A stretch of DNA of 64,000 bases from Diadema antillarum. Its lineage: Eukaryota. Under the pieces are notes generated by a model. The model saw only the letters and a list, made by a program, of their open reading frames with translations. It made no database searches and had not been told where the DNA came from. Where the stretch lies: NCBI RefSeq assembly GCF_040938485.1, contig NW_027271052.1, forward strand, positions 930,001-994,000, read 5' to 3'. A program made the translations under genes and the position numbers. This document shows positions 1 through 11,600 of this stretch, one piece after another; the stretch's first letter is position 1, and the number at the start of each line of letters is the position of its first letter.

Positions 1-19
1 CAGTTAGTAGCCATCCCCT
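1..19. mobile_element. Right terminus of another family A MITE at the window edge
   Basis: CAGTTAGTAGCCATCCCCT|TTAA matches the family A end. Confidence 0.75.
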
Positions 20-440
20 TTAAACATAATACAATAGTATAAGAAATTGGCTTTGAGATTTTGCTTCAAGAACTTGATTGAATCAAAACAAATATTAAGG
101 ATTCGTCCATTATTCACAGGTATTATTAGTACCTGTAACGTCATTGGCAAATCAAAATGAACCATTTTATGTTGAGAGATGTAAGACTGAAAGATAAACA
201 CGGGTCACGTGGGGTTTCTGATTTTGCTTTAACCATTGTTAACTCACATGTTGCATCTCCTCGACTTACAAATATTTTGGAAGTTAGCTAACTATAAGGC
301 AGAAAAGCCTCTCTACTGCTGAATTTTAAATTCCAGCAATATCACTTCCCTCTGAAAGTAATTGTGCTTAAGCTAAGAGGTTATCAGGGATAGATAAGGT
401 TACTTTATTGTTACCCGTGTGAACCGTGTGATAACTTGTT

Positions 441-3400
441 TGTTTTGTTTGTTTGTTTGTTTTAAACACGGGTAAAACATACTTGCACTCAGCCGTTAGG
501 CTGTTTTTCAGCAAGTCCGTATGATATACACTGTACAAAAAACATAATGTGGTACAATCAACGTATAGAATAATACATAGACAATAATCGGTATAACGAA
601 ACAAAAAGATGAAAAAAAATACATATATACACAACACTCTTTACAAAACAGTCAGACAGTAGAATGCAGTAAGAAGAAGAAAAAAATCTCGGAAAGGAAG
701 TGATTAAAAAAAAAGAAGATATTACTCAGAAATAGAAAAACTCATAAATCAAGTAAGAAAACAGAATCGATATCCTTCAGAAATTGTGCTAACCTTGTAC
801 ATGTTCTCGTGGCTTCCGGTAATTGATTGAATAATTGAGCTGCTATGTAAACAGTACTACTTTTGCAGAAATTGGTCTTTGGTTTTGGTAACAATACTTT
901 AAATGCCGAGTTCCTCAGATTGTAATTAGATACTTTTACGTTCACTTGATAAGTCAGAAAATCAGGCAAGAGGTTATTCAAAACCTTGTAAATAAAAACA
1001 ACAAGATCTTTTTTCACTTTTGCACTGAGGCAGTCAATAGGCAGCCTCCCATACAAATCTCGTCTATTGTGACGATGATCCACTTTCAGAACAGTTCGCA
1101 AGGCTCTGTTCTGAAGTATTTGCAGTCTTTTTATGTGACCAGAATTTGGTTTCATCCAGATGGTGTTACAGTACTCAAAGTGAGGACGAATCATTGTATT
1201 ATACAGGGTTAATGCGGTGTCTTGGTCAATGTATGGTCTTGCCCTTCTTAAAGCGTACAAATTACGTAACACTTTACTTTTTACGCTGTCAACCTGTGGT
1301 TTCCAAGAGAATTCTGAGTCAATGATAACACCTAGATATTTACAACTTTTTACCTTTTCTAACTGAGTACCATTAATTCTTATACTAACATTTTCAATTT
1401 TTTTACGATTACGCTTAGTACCTATAAACATACATTTACATTTTTTAACATTCAACATAAGCTTATTATGAAGTAACCATTCATGCACGGTACGTAAATC
1501 ATCATTAACAATTCTTTCAAGTTCAATAGGATCAGTGGATGCATAATAAATACAGGTATCATCCGCATAAAGCGACACTTGACAATTTCTAACTACCCGA
1601 GGCAAATCATTCATATACATGATGAACAACAAAGGTCCCAAAATACTTCCCTGAGGGACCCCACAGAGCACCTCACCCTCCTTTGAAACATTACCATTGA
1701 TTACAGTTTGTTGTTTTCTTTGGCTGAAATAATTTACAAACCAGCGTATAGTATCCTCACAAAATCCGAAAAATCGTAATTTTTCAATCAAAATATCAAA
1801 GGATACCATATCAAAAGCCTTTAAAAGATCGAGGGTAACCACAACAACAACTTGTCCAACATCTATAACTTTATTTACATTTTCAGTGAGGTTTAATAAT
1901 GCCATTTCTGAAGAAAATTTTGGGCGAAAGCCATATTGTTTTTTTGTCAATAAATCATTTTCATTAAGATAAGCATATACTTGTTTAAACACCAACTTTT
2001 CTAAAATCTTTGAAGCTACAGGCAAAACAGATATTGGCCTATAATTTGAGGGATCAGTTGTATCACCACCCTTGAATAGAGGTGTTATTTTAGCACACTT
2101 CCACTCGTTCGGGATAACACCATCTTTCAATGACAAATTTACTATGTGGGTAAAAGATTTAAGGATAACTGACACAGTGTCCCGTAGGATACAAGCTGGT
2201 ATGGTGTCAAGCCCAGTAGCCTTATTTCGGGGCGTTTTATCAATACACTTCTTTACCTCATCAGCTGACACCGAAGTGAATTCAAAAGTTGTACGTGCTC
2301 TCGGTACATATTGCATAGGATCATTTTTAAAATGTACATTTTCTCTGTTTCGCAAAACCAAATTAGAAAAGTGGTTGTTCAGTGCATTTGCAACATCTTT
2401 GTACCCTGTATACTCGTTTCCATCATATGTAATTTTATGAACTTTCGTAGAGGATTTAGCGCTCGGTATAAGCTCTCTTAAGACTTTCCACATGAGGGTG
2501 GAGTTTCCCACATTTTCCCTAATATTATCAATAACATATTTCCTTTTAGCTTTTCTAACAGATGAGGTTACCAAATTACGTAGACTTCCATATTTCTGCC
2601 ACTCATAATCATTATTCATGCGTTTAGCGGCCTGTTTTGCCTTATCTCTTTCTCTTATCAAAGCCATGACACCACTAGTCATCCAAGGTGACCTCTTTTG
2701 TCGAAGCCTTTTCTTTTTGACTGGGGCATGCCTATCCAACAGAGATCTTAGTTTATGAACCCAGATGTGATATGCTTTCTCTGTTGATGTTTCTTGTAAT
2801 ATTTCATCCACTGAAGAGTCATTTAATTCATTTACAAATTTTTCAATATCAAGCTTTCTCATGTTGCGTGATGAAATATAACAGTGGTTACCACCTGATT
2901 TCGGTTTACACTTACGCCATGAGAAAAGAACCATTTCATGGTCACTTAGGTTGAAAGGCAAGACTTTGCATTGTGAAATATTTTCACTCTTTGATGTATA
3001 AACATGATCAATGAGTGTTTTAGAGTGCTTTGTTACTCTCGTTGCCATGGAAACACATTGAGTTAATGAGTATTCTTCTGCTATACTTTGCATACGAGAA
3101 GTATGATACGAGGGTTTCTTGTTTAACAGATCACAATTCACATCTCCTACCAGAACATAATCACAATAACGAGCTTCAACACTCTGAAGTATATTTTCAA
3201 GACCATGAAATATATTGATAGACGAATCTGGCGGTCTATACCACGACATTAGGATAAAAGGCTTTTGTTTATTAAGAGTTACCTGTATACACGCTAACTC
3301 TAAGCCTCGATTATGATACTCTTCAAGGGCCACGTAATCTAAAGAACTGCGCACGTAGATAATAACGCCCCCACCATTTCGATTTCGGTCATTACGAACT

Positions 3401-4086
3401 GTCTTGTACCCATCAATACATATTTCATAGTCAGATACTGACTCATCAAGACGAGTTTCACAAAAGGTTATTATATCAATACTAGTTTAATCAGAAGTAA
3501 TCGAATTTCATCCATATTTTTCAGAAGAGAGCAAATATTCAAGTGTGCAATACTTATTCCACCAATTATTTTGAACTCATTAACAATCTGTTCATGATCA
3601 CTTATTTCTATTTCTGTATGACTGTCATCTAGAACATTGTGTTCAAAATCTACATCCGGAACATTATAAGGAAGTTCAAACATTAAACATTTAGTACACA
3701 TATAATCAGAATTTGACTGAAAAAAGTTGTAAGTTACAGACGAACACATCAAATGAATCCATTCGTTACATCTAACACACTGAAGAGCATTTTGATCATA
3801 CTTTACAGATCTATTACATGAAATGCATGGAAATATCCGGCCCGTTGGAAAAAATCATGCATGTGATAAGATGCTATTTTTCTGTCACCAGTTCTAGAGC
3901 TTTTCTAGATCTTTGATCGATCTGATTTTTACCTTCTTGTCATCCCTTGTCAGTACTGAGATTCGTCCATCGGTAGTCCACACTCTCTTCACCTTCTCAT
4001 GCTTCCTCGCCATGTAGACAAGGTTGCTCCTCTCTTGCGTGAGATCCTCGTGGATGTACACATTGGAGCCTTTCAGTTTCTGTCTT
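441..4086 (-). mobile_element. Non-LTR retrotransposon, L2/Crack/CR1 group, 5'-truncated within ORF1, ORF2 nearly intact
   Basis: ORF1 C-terminus 3894-4086 (KLKGSNVYIHEDLTQER...VWTTDGRI); PHD finger 3687-3827; APE (HLNICSL, DIITFCETRL, GGGV, GDVNCDL, SDH); RT (PQGSILGP, YADD); 3' stem-loop GAAAAACAGCC..GGCTGAGTG and (AAAC)n tail at 441-463. Confidence 0.93.
742..3354 (-). CDS. LINE ORF2 (apurinic endonuclease + reverse transcriptase), 870-aa open part
   Basis: ORF track 742-3354 with RT motifs NYRPISVLP, QYGFR, PQGS, YADDT, YLG; same frame is open upstream to about 3480. Confidence 0.93.
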   Translation of the reverse strand: MRSSLDYVALEEYHNRGLELACIQVTLNKQKPFILMSWYRPPDSSINIFHGLENILQSVEARYCDYVLVGDVNCDLLNKKPSYHTSRMQSIAEEYSLTQCVSMATRVTKHSKTLIDHVYTSKSENISQCKVLPFNLSDHEMVLFSWRKCKPKSGGNHCYISSRNMRKLDIEKFVNELNDSSVDEILQETSTEKAYHIWVHKLRSLLDRHAPVKKKRLRQKRSPWMTSGVMALIRERDKAKQAAKRMNNDYEWQKYGSLRNLVTSSVRKAKRKYVIDNIRENVGNSTLMWKVLRELIPSAKSSTKVHKITYDGNEYTGYKDVANALNNHFSNLVLRNRENVHFKNDPMQYVPRARTTFEFTSVSADEVKKCIDKTPRNKATGLDTIPACILRDTVSVILKSFTHIVNLSLKDGVIPNEWKCAKITPLFKGGDTTDPSNYRPISVLPVASKILEKLVFKQVYAYLNENDLLTKKQYGFRPKFSSEMALLNLTENVNKVIDVGQVVVVVTLDLLKAFDMVSFDILIEKLRFFGFCEDTIRWFVNYFSQRKQQTVINGNVSKEGEVLCGVPQGSILGPLLFIMYMNDLPRVVRNCQVSLYADDTCIYYASTDPIELERIVNDDLRTVHEWLLHNKLMLNVKKCKCMFIGTKRNRKKIENVSIRINGTQLEKVKSCKYLGVIIDSEFSWKPQVDSVKSKVLRNLYALRRARPYIDQDTALTLYNTMIRPHFEYCNTIWMKPNSGHIKRLQILQNRALRTVLKVDHRHNRRDLYGRLPIDCLSAKVKKDLVVFIYKVLNNLLPDFLTYQVNVKVSNYNLRNSAFKVLLPKPKTNFCKSSTVYIAAQLFNQLPEATRTCTRLAQFLKDIDSVFLLDL

Positions 4087-4264
4087 AATAATAACTATCA
4101 TTATTATTATCATTATTATTACCAGCGGCAGTTGTTGTCGTTCAGTAACAGTAGTGAAAGCAATAGTAGCAGTAGTAGTGGGCGTCGTAGAAAGAGTAGG
4201 AGTAATAATATTGTTCTAATATTTTGTAGTAGTAGTAGTAGTTATTGTGGTGATGGTGGTATAG

Positions 4265-4313
<49 letters not shown>

Positions 4314-4445
4314 AGGAGTAGGAGGAGTAGTAGCAGTAGAAGTCATAGTAGCAGTAGTAATGGTAAAATTAGCACTGTAGTACGGGTAATCTGTTGATAA
4401 TAATACTACTGGTAGCTGTAACAGTTGTAGAAGTAGTAACTGTGG
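4087..4445. repeat. Compound trinucleotide microsatellite (TAT/TCA, AGT, GTT, AGT)
   Basis: Direct inspection; abuts the 5' truncation point of the LINE. Confidence 0.9.
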
Positions 4446-5848
4446 TAGTTAAGCTTCTGGTAATTTCTTATATTCCTGCATGTATAAAATCTAATAACTA
4501 ACAAAGATCAAGATCAAAAGCAATCCATATAGTAGTGAATACGCTATGCTTTCTATAAGAGCTCGATCTGGGCGTTTGCTTATGTACTCGTATTCCTGTG
4601 TTCGTGGGAAATCTTTGAATTGTGAGATAATATACAACTGAAACCAAAATCTAAAGTGTGCCACGCAAGCAAAGATGCCTCTTGAGTATCCAAGACTGGT
4701 TAGAAATTGTTGTGGTTGTTTTATCATTAGTTAGGATTTGTTTTGAAGTTTTTCATTGTTGTATATTCGGGGGTTTTCTTGTGATGTCGCTCAAGATTCT
4801 CTTACATCATAAACATCTCATGGCTTTATTGGTTTGTTCTTTTCTATCTTATTTTGTTCAATTTGATTTGATTTGATACAATTTATTACATCTTTCCCCT
4901 TCAGCACAGTGTAATCACTAATGCATGGATGCGCATAACAATCACTTTACTCATTGCATGCTTTGTGCATTGCATGTTTCAATCGCTGTTGGATGCACTT
5001 TGACACTTTAATATCCATAAATTTATTTAACAAGTTAACACTTTAACGCTCTGAATATCACAGTTTTAGAGGATACTTAACCTCTTCTACCATGCCTACG
5101 ACAAAATTCTAAAGCTTCATTGTGTATATCATGTGTAATTGTCACTGAAATTACACATTGCACTGGAAACAACTCACTGGAGAATGGACTCTCAGGCCCC
5201 GCCTATACGATGAACCTCTGAACTGTTAGTGCTAAGTGTCTGTATGCTAGTCACAAATAACCTATTTTTAACATCCGCCTGTACCTTCCCCTCTTTCACA
5301 TTACTCCAGTGTATCGTGTCCGGGCGTGTGTATGAGTGTAGGTGCTCGCTCGCATGTGTGTGCGTATGTCGCAGATATCATGTGAAATATCATTTACAGA
5401 AGTGGTGTGTTTATTTTCGCATAAATGAGACTCCAGGTTTGTTGATATAAGCCTGTAATAAGATTCAGGCTAATTAATGTTTCCGCAAAGTTTTACTGCA
5501 AGTGTCATCCTGTGCATCACAACTACAGGTTTTCAAAACTCATACAACACTAGTACTGATGACCGGTACTTTCCATTGTTCTTAGCATTATTTATACATG
5601 CATTTTTCTCTCTGGAGAAACGTATAATATACAGGACACCTCACAACCAATATCATAAAGGATGCCCTAATACAATGCAACTACGAGTCATTGTTTCAGT
5701 CACAGGTATCATAGCGTGACGTTGGCATCGATTATAGGCAGCTGCCAGCATTTCAGAATTTTACAACTGTGATTATCATGATTATTGAGTCTTAATTTAT
5801 GGCATACCTTTTTCTTTTTTAAACAGGTCCATGACACCCTTTCATTTT

Positions 5849-6132
5849 CTACACTGTTACGCTAGCAACTGATATTGACCGCAAGTTATTCACTTCCGGT
5901 AGGTCGCAGAGGGCGTAGTTGTAAGTGCCGTCGGCTGGGTCCGCCAGGATGCCGATGCTCTTCGTGAACAGCCAGTAGATTTTCCCGCTAAAAATAGCCA
6001 CGTCGTACAAATCTTCTCCCTCGTTGGTGTCAACATAAGCGGACAAGTTAGTGAAGACGGTGGAGTTGGTATCAGTCACGTACTTGTACATTGCCGCGTT
6101 GAGTTGACTTTCACAGAAGAAAAGCCGATTTC
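5849..6132 (-). CDS. YWTD propeller terminal exon
   Basis: atatag|GNRLFFCESQ...LYDVAIFSGKIYWLFTK...NLRSISVASVTV-TAG. Confidence 0.85.
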
Positions 6133-6834
6133 CTATATTTTTCATACACAGCCGTATTGAGATTAATGAGAAGGATGCAAGCAACAAAGATTGAATTAAA
6201 AGAAAAGATAAATGCTCGTCGGACGCTCAATTGTCATGACGTTAAACTGATGCAACGAATTCTAACTTCTGGTGTCCAAATTTGAGCCTGTGTGGGCTGC
6301 TTCAAGTAATGCATGCAGAGATCCTAATAAACCTGCTCTGATATAATTCTAAGTCGACAACAACTGAGAGGGTGGAAATCAAAACGATCCAAGTATTCAC
6401 CTCCGTGAGAACTTTGTTACTGACTGCAGACGAATATAAAGATACAATCATCCGCCTAAAGCTTTTGTTGGACTCCGTTTTGTGCAATAATTGCAGGGAA
6501 GGATCCAGGAATTTCGTAAATGGTAGGCGCCTTTACACAGCACACTTCCCCCATATTTTTTTTAATATTTATTTATTTTGTTGTAATAAAAAAAAGGGGG
6601 TGCGCCCGGTGCACCCCCTCTGGATCCGCCTCTGAATTGCTTGTTATTTCTTCTTTTTTTTCGACTGCCACAGAAGCTATATATTAAGAAAGAAAAAAGT
6701 ACTTTGTCGTACATGCAGACACATGAGCACAGTCATAGACAGACACCTGTATGTACGTACACGTATCTAGCTGATTTCATTTAAGGATTCATTCAGTTAT
6801 GCATTTGTTCATTTACTGAAATAAATGAATATTT

Positions 6835-6872
<38 letters not shown>

Positions 6873-8624
6873 TTTATATACATTGTGGTTGATTTGTATC
6901 ATACCTGCGCTGTCATATTCCAATCCCTGCAACTGGTCCATTCCGCTGTTGTAAAAAAAGGTTTCCACCGAAGTACTCCCGTTCATGGCTTTTCGCTGGA
7001 TAGTGTATGACTTAGCCCAGTACACCATTCTACAGCCAGAAAAATAATCATAAGGATTATGATTGTATTAAACATAGAAAATACACACGCCTGAAAGCTA
7101 AAACATAAAACATATATCACATCGATGAGTGTCATTGCTTAGTTTCGTTGATTCCATGTAAATGTCATGCATCTTGTCTCACAACTGATCTGTGTTTATG
7201 CTGTTATTTGGAATATGTATTTTCTTTTTGTAAGCTTATATTCTTTCTTGAAAATAAAAAGGAATAATTCAAATTCATGAAATTCTTCCGTCGAGATGTT
7301 TTCATTGCAACTGATTGACAAATTGCCCTACGTCGACGTAAATAAGCACTGAATTGATCAGTATTTCAGTAGAAGCCATGAAAAAAAATCATGGGCGTAC
7401 GTACTCGAACAGGATTCGAACCCGCGACCTCCTGACCACCGCACAGGCGTCATCTCCACTAGACCACCGAACTTTCGCCGCGCGACAGCAAGTGTTGGTT
7501 CTAATCCTTACTAGCTTACAGCATGCAACGGGTACTGCTCTATTATTCAAATTCATGAAATTCTTCCGTCGAGATGTTTTCATTGCAACTGATTGACAAG
7601 TTGCCCTACGTCGACGTAAATAAGCACTGACTTGATCAGTGTTTTAGTAGAAGCCATGATAAAAAATCATGGCTTCTACTACTTAGTCCATGGGCCAGGC
7701 CAGATATTGGTACCACCTGAGGTGGCAAAACCTTTTTGGTGTCATTTTGTTTGTCGGGCATAGATATGCTTATCAAGCTATGATAGCATTTCCAAATGAG
7801 TAGCTTAGTCATAATAAATGAATTTTTAACCAATTTGGTCTCGTTTTTATATCCCTATACTTCTGAATCGAAACTAACCGCTATACAAAGAAGAGCACTG
7901 TCTTCTGTATATGTCCACAGGTGTTATGTTGTAAACGATGTGCGCTTAGTCTTTATTTAAGGCAGCGAAGGGAACATCCAAAGGGTTATAATGTCCACAG
8001 CTGTCATGCGGTGCGCTTAGTCTTTATTCAAGACGGCGAAGGGAATATCCAAAGCTTATGATACAGTGTATATCCCTTTATCTAAAAACAACAACAACAA
8101 AAAGCAATTCCTCGTGAATTTTGCCGTATTTTTCAATTATTCGTCATTTTCCGCTGAAAACGCTACAGTGAAAACGCTAATGCCACGCCAATGTCGCTTT
8201 ATTTCCATCCAACAATGAAAGATAATGCGAAAACAATGTACCAATATACTACAATACACTATAATAAATAATATTGTTAATGAACAGAGTAATTTTTGTT
8301 TAAAGCTGATGTATTTGTTGAGAGGGTAGTATAAAAACAGTACAAAACAGTTATAGATGTGATAACGGTACAGTATTTTGTTTTGTTTTTTCTTTTTTAG
8401 CAGTGTTTACCAGAATATTTACCAGAATATTGTTGTTAATCAGGCAAAACACACACACACACACACAGAAACAATTGTCACATAATGTAAAGACGCAGTA
8501 TTGTAGCAGAAATTAAGAACACATTGACAGGACAATGAAGGTCAAAGAGACAAAAGAAGGGGGTGAGAAGAAAGAAAGAGAGATCTGATGCCACGCAACT
8601 CCATCACCAGCTGGAAGTACGAAT

Positions 8625-8683
<59 letters not shown>

Positions 8684-11600
8684 GGTCTTCTTTACCCAGG
8701 GTAACCTCTTCAGTGTTGCCACTGCTCTACCAGAGGGCCCTGCCATTATTATTACCCTAGCATTGCCAGGTACCCATTTATACACCTGGGTCGAGTGGGA
8801 CATAGTGGGTAAAAACATCTTGTCCAAGGACGTAAGCACTGGGCGGGATTCGAACTCGGGTCCTCCGATCGGGAGTCGGGAATCTTATCCACTATGCCAC
8901 AGCGCCCCGGAGATCAAGGTGAGTTGTCCCGGAGATCAAGGTGATCAAGGAGATCAAGGTGAGTTGTTACATTTCACTGTGCTTCTGTTTTAATATAACC
9001 GGTGAAATTTTGATGGTGTTATTTTTGGGAGCATCGTATGCTAAATATATGTGCCAAAATTCAGAGGAATAGGTTTAAAAACCTTGAAATTATCAAAGGT
9101 CACCATGCACTCTGCCTGTATTTGGTGAAAGAGCGTCAAAAAAAAATTTTTTGGTATTGGTCGGGTTAATGGCTGAAATCTATGACTAAGCTACTACTCT
9201 GGAAATGCTATCATAGCAAAATAATAATCCTTAGATATATGCCATTTCATAATGCACAACTAGAACTTGCCACCTCAGGTGGTACCAATAACCCATTTTT
9301 CGGGTCTTGGCCCATGGACTAACTATGTGACAATTGTTTCGGTGTCTTTTTTTTTTGTGTGTGTGTTGTTGTTTTTTTTGGCCTGAATAACAACAATATT
9401 CAGGTAAACACTGCTAAAAAGAAAAGAAAAACATAACAAAACAATGTACCGTTATCATATCTAAAGTTCCTAATAAAATGGATTATCTATGTTGTTTTTA
9501 TACTACCCTCTCAACAAATACATCACTTTTAAACAAAAATCACTCTGTTCATTTACAATATCATTTATCATAATGTATTGTAGTGTACCGAAACATTGTT
9601 GTTGCATTATCTTTCATTGTTGGATGGAAATAAAGCGACATTGGCGTGGTATTAGCGTTTTCACCGGAAAATGATGAATAATTGAAAAATACGGCAAAAT
9701 TCACGAGGAATTGCTTTTTGTTGTTGTTGTTTTTAGATAAAGGGATATACACTGCATCATAAGCTTTGGATATTCCCTTCGCCGTCTTGAATAAAGACTA
9801 AGCGCACCGCATGACAGCTGTGGACATCATAACCCTTTGGATGTTCCCTTCGCTGCCTTGAATAAAGACTAAGCGCACATCGTTTGCAACAGAACACCTG
9901 TTGACATACAGAAGACAGTGCTCTTCTTTGTATAGCGGTTAGTTTCGATTCAGAAGTATAGGGATATAAAAACGAGGCCAAATTGGTTAAAAATTCATTT
10001 ATTATGACTAAGCTACTCATTTGGAAATGCTATCATAGCTTGATAAGCATATCTATGCCCGACAAACAAAATGACACCAAAAAGGTTTTGCCACCTCAGG
10101 TGGTACCAATAACCTATTTTTCGGGTCTTGGCCCGTGGACTATACTTATCATGGCTTCTACTAAAACACTGATCAATTCAGTGCTTATTTACGTCGACGT
10201 AGGGCAACTTGTCAATCAGTTGCAATGGAAACATCTCGACGGAAGAATTTCATGAATTTGAATAATAGAGCAGTACCCGCTGCATGTTGTAAGGATTAGA
10301 ACTAACACTTGCTGCCGGGCGAAAGCTCGGTGGTCTAGTGGAGATGACGCCTGTGCGGTGATCAGGAGGTCGTAGGTTCGAATCCTGCTCGAGTATGTAC
10401 GCCCATGATTTTTTTATAATGGCTTCTACTAAAACACTGATTAATTCAGTGCTTATTTACGTCGATATAGTGCAATTTGTCACTCAGTTGCAAAAAAAAG
10501 GAATAAGTTTGTATGTGTTCTTCCCTTACGTTATTTTTGTTCTAGTTTTCAATTCCAGTTGTCAATCATAGTTCAGGTTCTTCAGTGATATTTTAATTCG
10601 GTCAATGTGTGTATAACTACTCTTTATTCTCGATAAGATTAGCCTTATTGAGGTTTTTTCTCACTTTTAAATGATCATTACATTTGTCCTGATTTAAATC
10701 ATCTTCAGCCTTTCCAAGCAAAGACAAAAACCCACAACAACATGAACAACAGCAACAAAAACAAAAACAAAATGTGATCATTCTTACTAATGCTGAAGGA
10801 AGGTGTTCAACAGTCTGACGGATTAAACATTTTCCAAGTCAGCTTACTCCGACCTACGAGGGCGCTATCCACTTGAACTCGAAAGCAGTCACGATACATT
10901 TATCGTTTCGACATTAATTATCATTATTTTTATTGTTGTTACTATTACTATCATTATTATTGTTATTATCATCATCATCATCACCATCATCATTACAATT
11001 ATCATCATTATTGTTATCATTATTATTATAATTGAATATGGTGCATAAATAGCAGTAATAGTAGTAGTATTTAACATTATCATTTGTTTTGTTTTTATCT
11101 TCCTTTTCTCTTTTTTTTTTATTTCTTACCGTCTTTCTTTGTCTAGCTCAACATCATAAATGGTTTGAACGTTCTCATCGCTGTGGAATTCTGAATGGTT
11201 GAATGGACTGTCAAGATGAGCTTTGAGGACCCTGTTTGATTCAGCGAAGTACATGACGCGGGAGCCTTCGTCTATGGCAATGCCTCTGGGATCTGCGACA
11301 TTTTTAGAAAGATAAGTAGCAAGAACAGGTACAGACCGACCGACTGATATGGCAATAAAAAAAATGTAATTTCATAATATTCTTCACAGAGGGCATCTTG
11401 CGTTTGTAGCTTAAATAGGTATAGAATAAAGAGGAATAATTATTGTAGGAGGAACATTTTTTTTTGTTCTGTCTCATATGCAATAAGTTTCTGTGAAATA
11501 ATAGCTTCACGTGAAGCAATAGCTTGTTGTAAGTGCTATCATCAAACAAAAGTATAGCATGAGCTTTCGATACATCTTCAGAAGCGTCCGTATTACACAC

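Larger units (their letters stand above)
7306..10492. repeat. Large inverted duplication: arms about 7306-8490 and 9325-10492, about 0.8-kb spacer
   Basis: Reverse complement of the right arm matches the left arm with scattered differences; mirrored ORFs (MVKNSFIMTK... at 7636-7833 minus and 9983-10255 plus). Confidence 0.92.

Noticed and set aside
4024-4380. Poly-Val/Ser, poly-Ile/Leu and (YI)n ORFs here and at 8513-8839, 10889-11083, 30583-31021, 39699-40097
   Set aside because: Translations of microsatellites.
10324-10395. Functional tRNA gene
   Set aside because: The anticodon loop (GCGGTGA) lacks Y32-U33, pairs 31-39 and 1-72 are mismatched, and it is embedded in a repeat.
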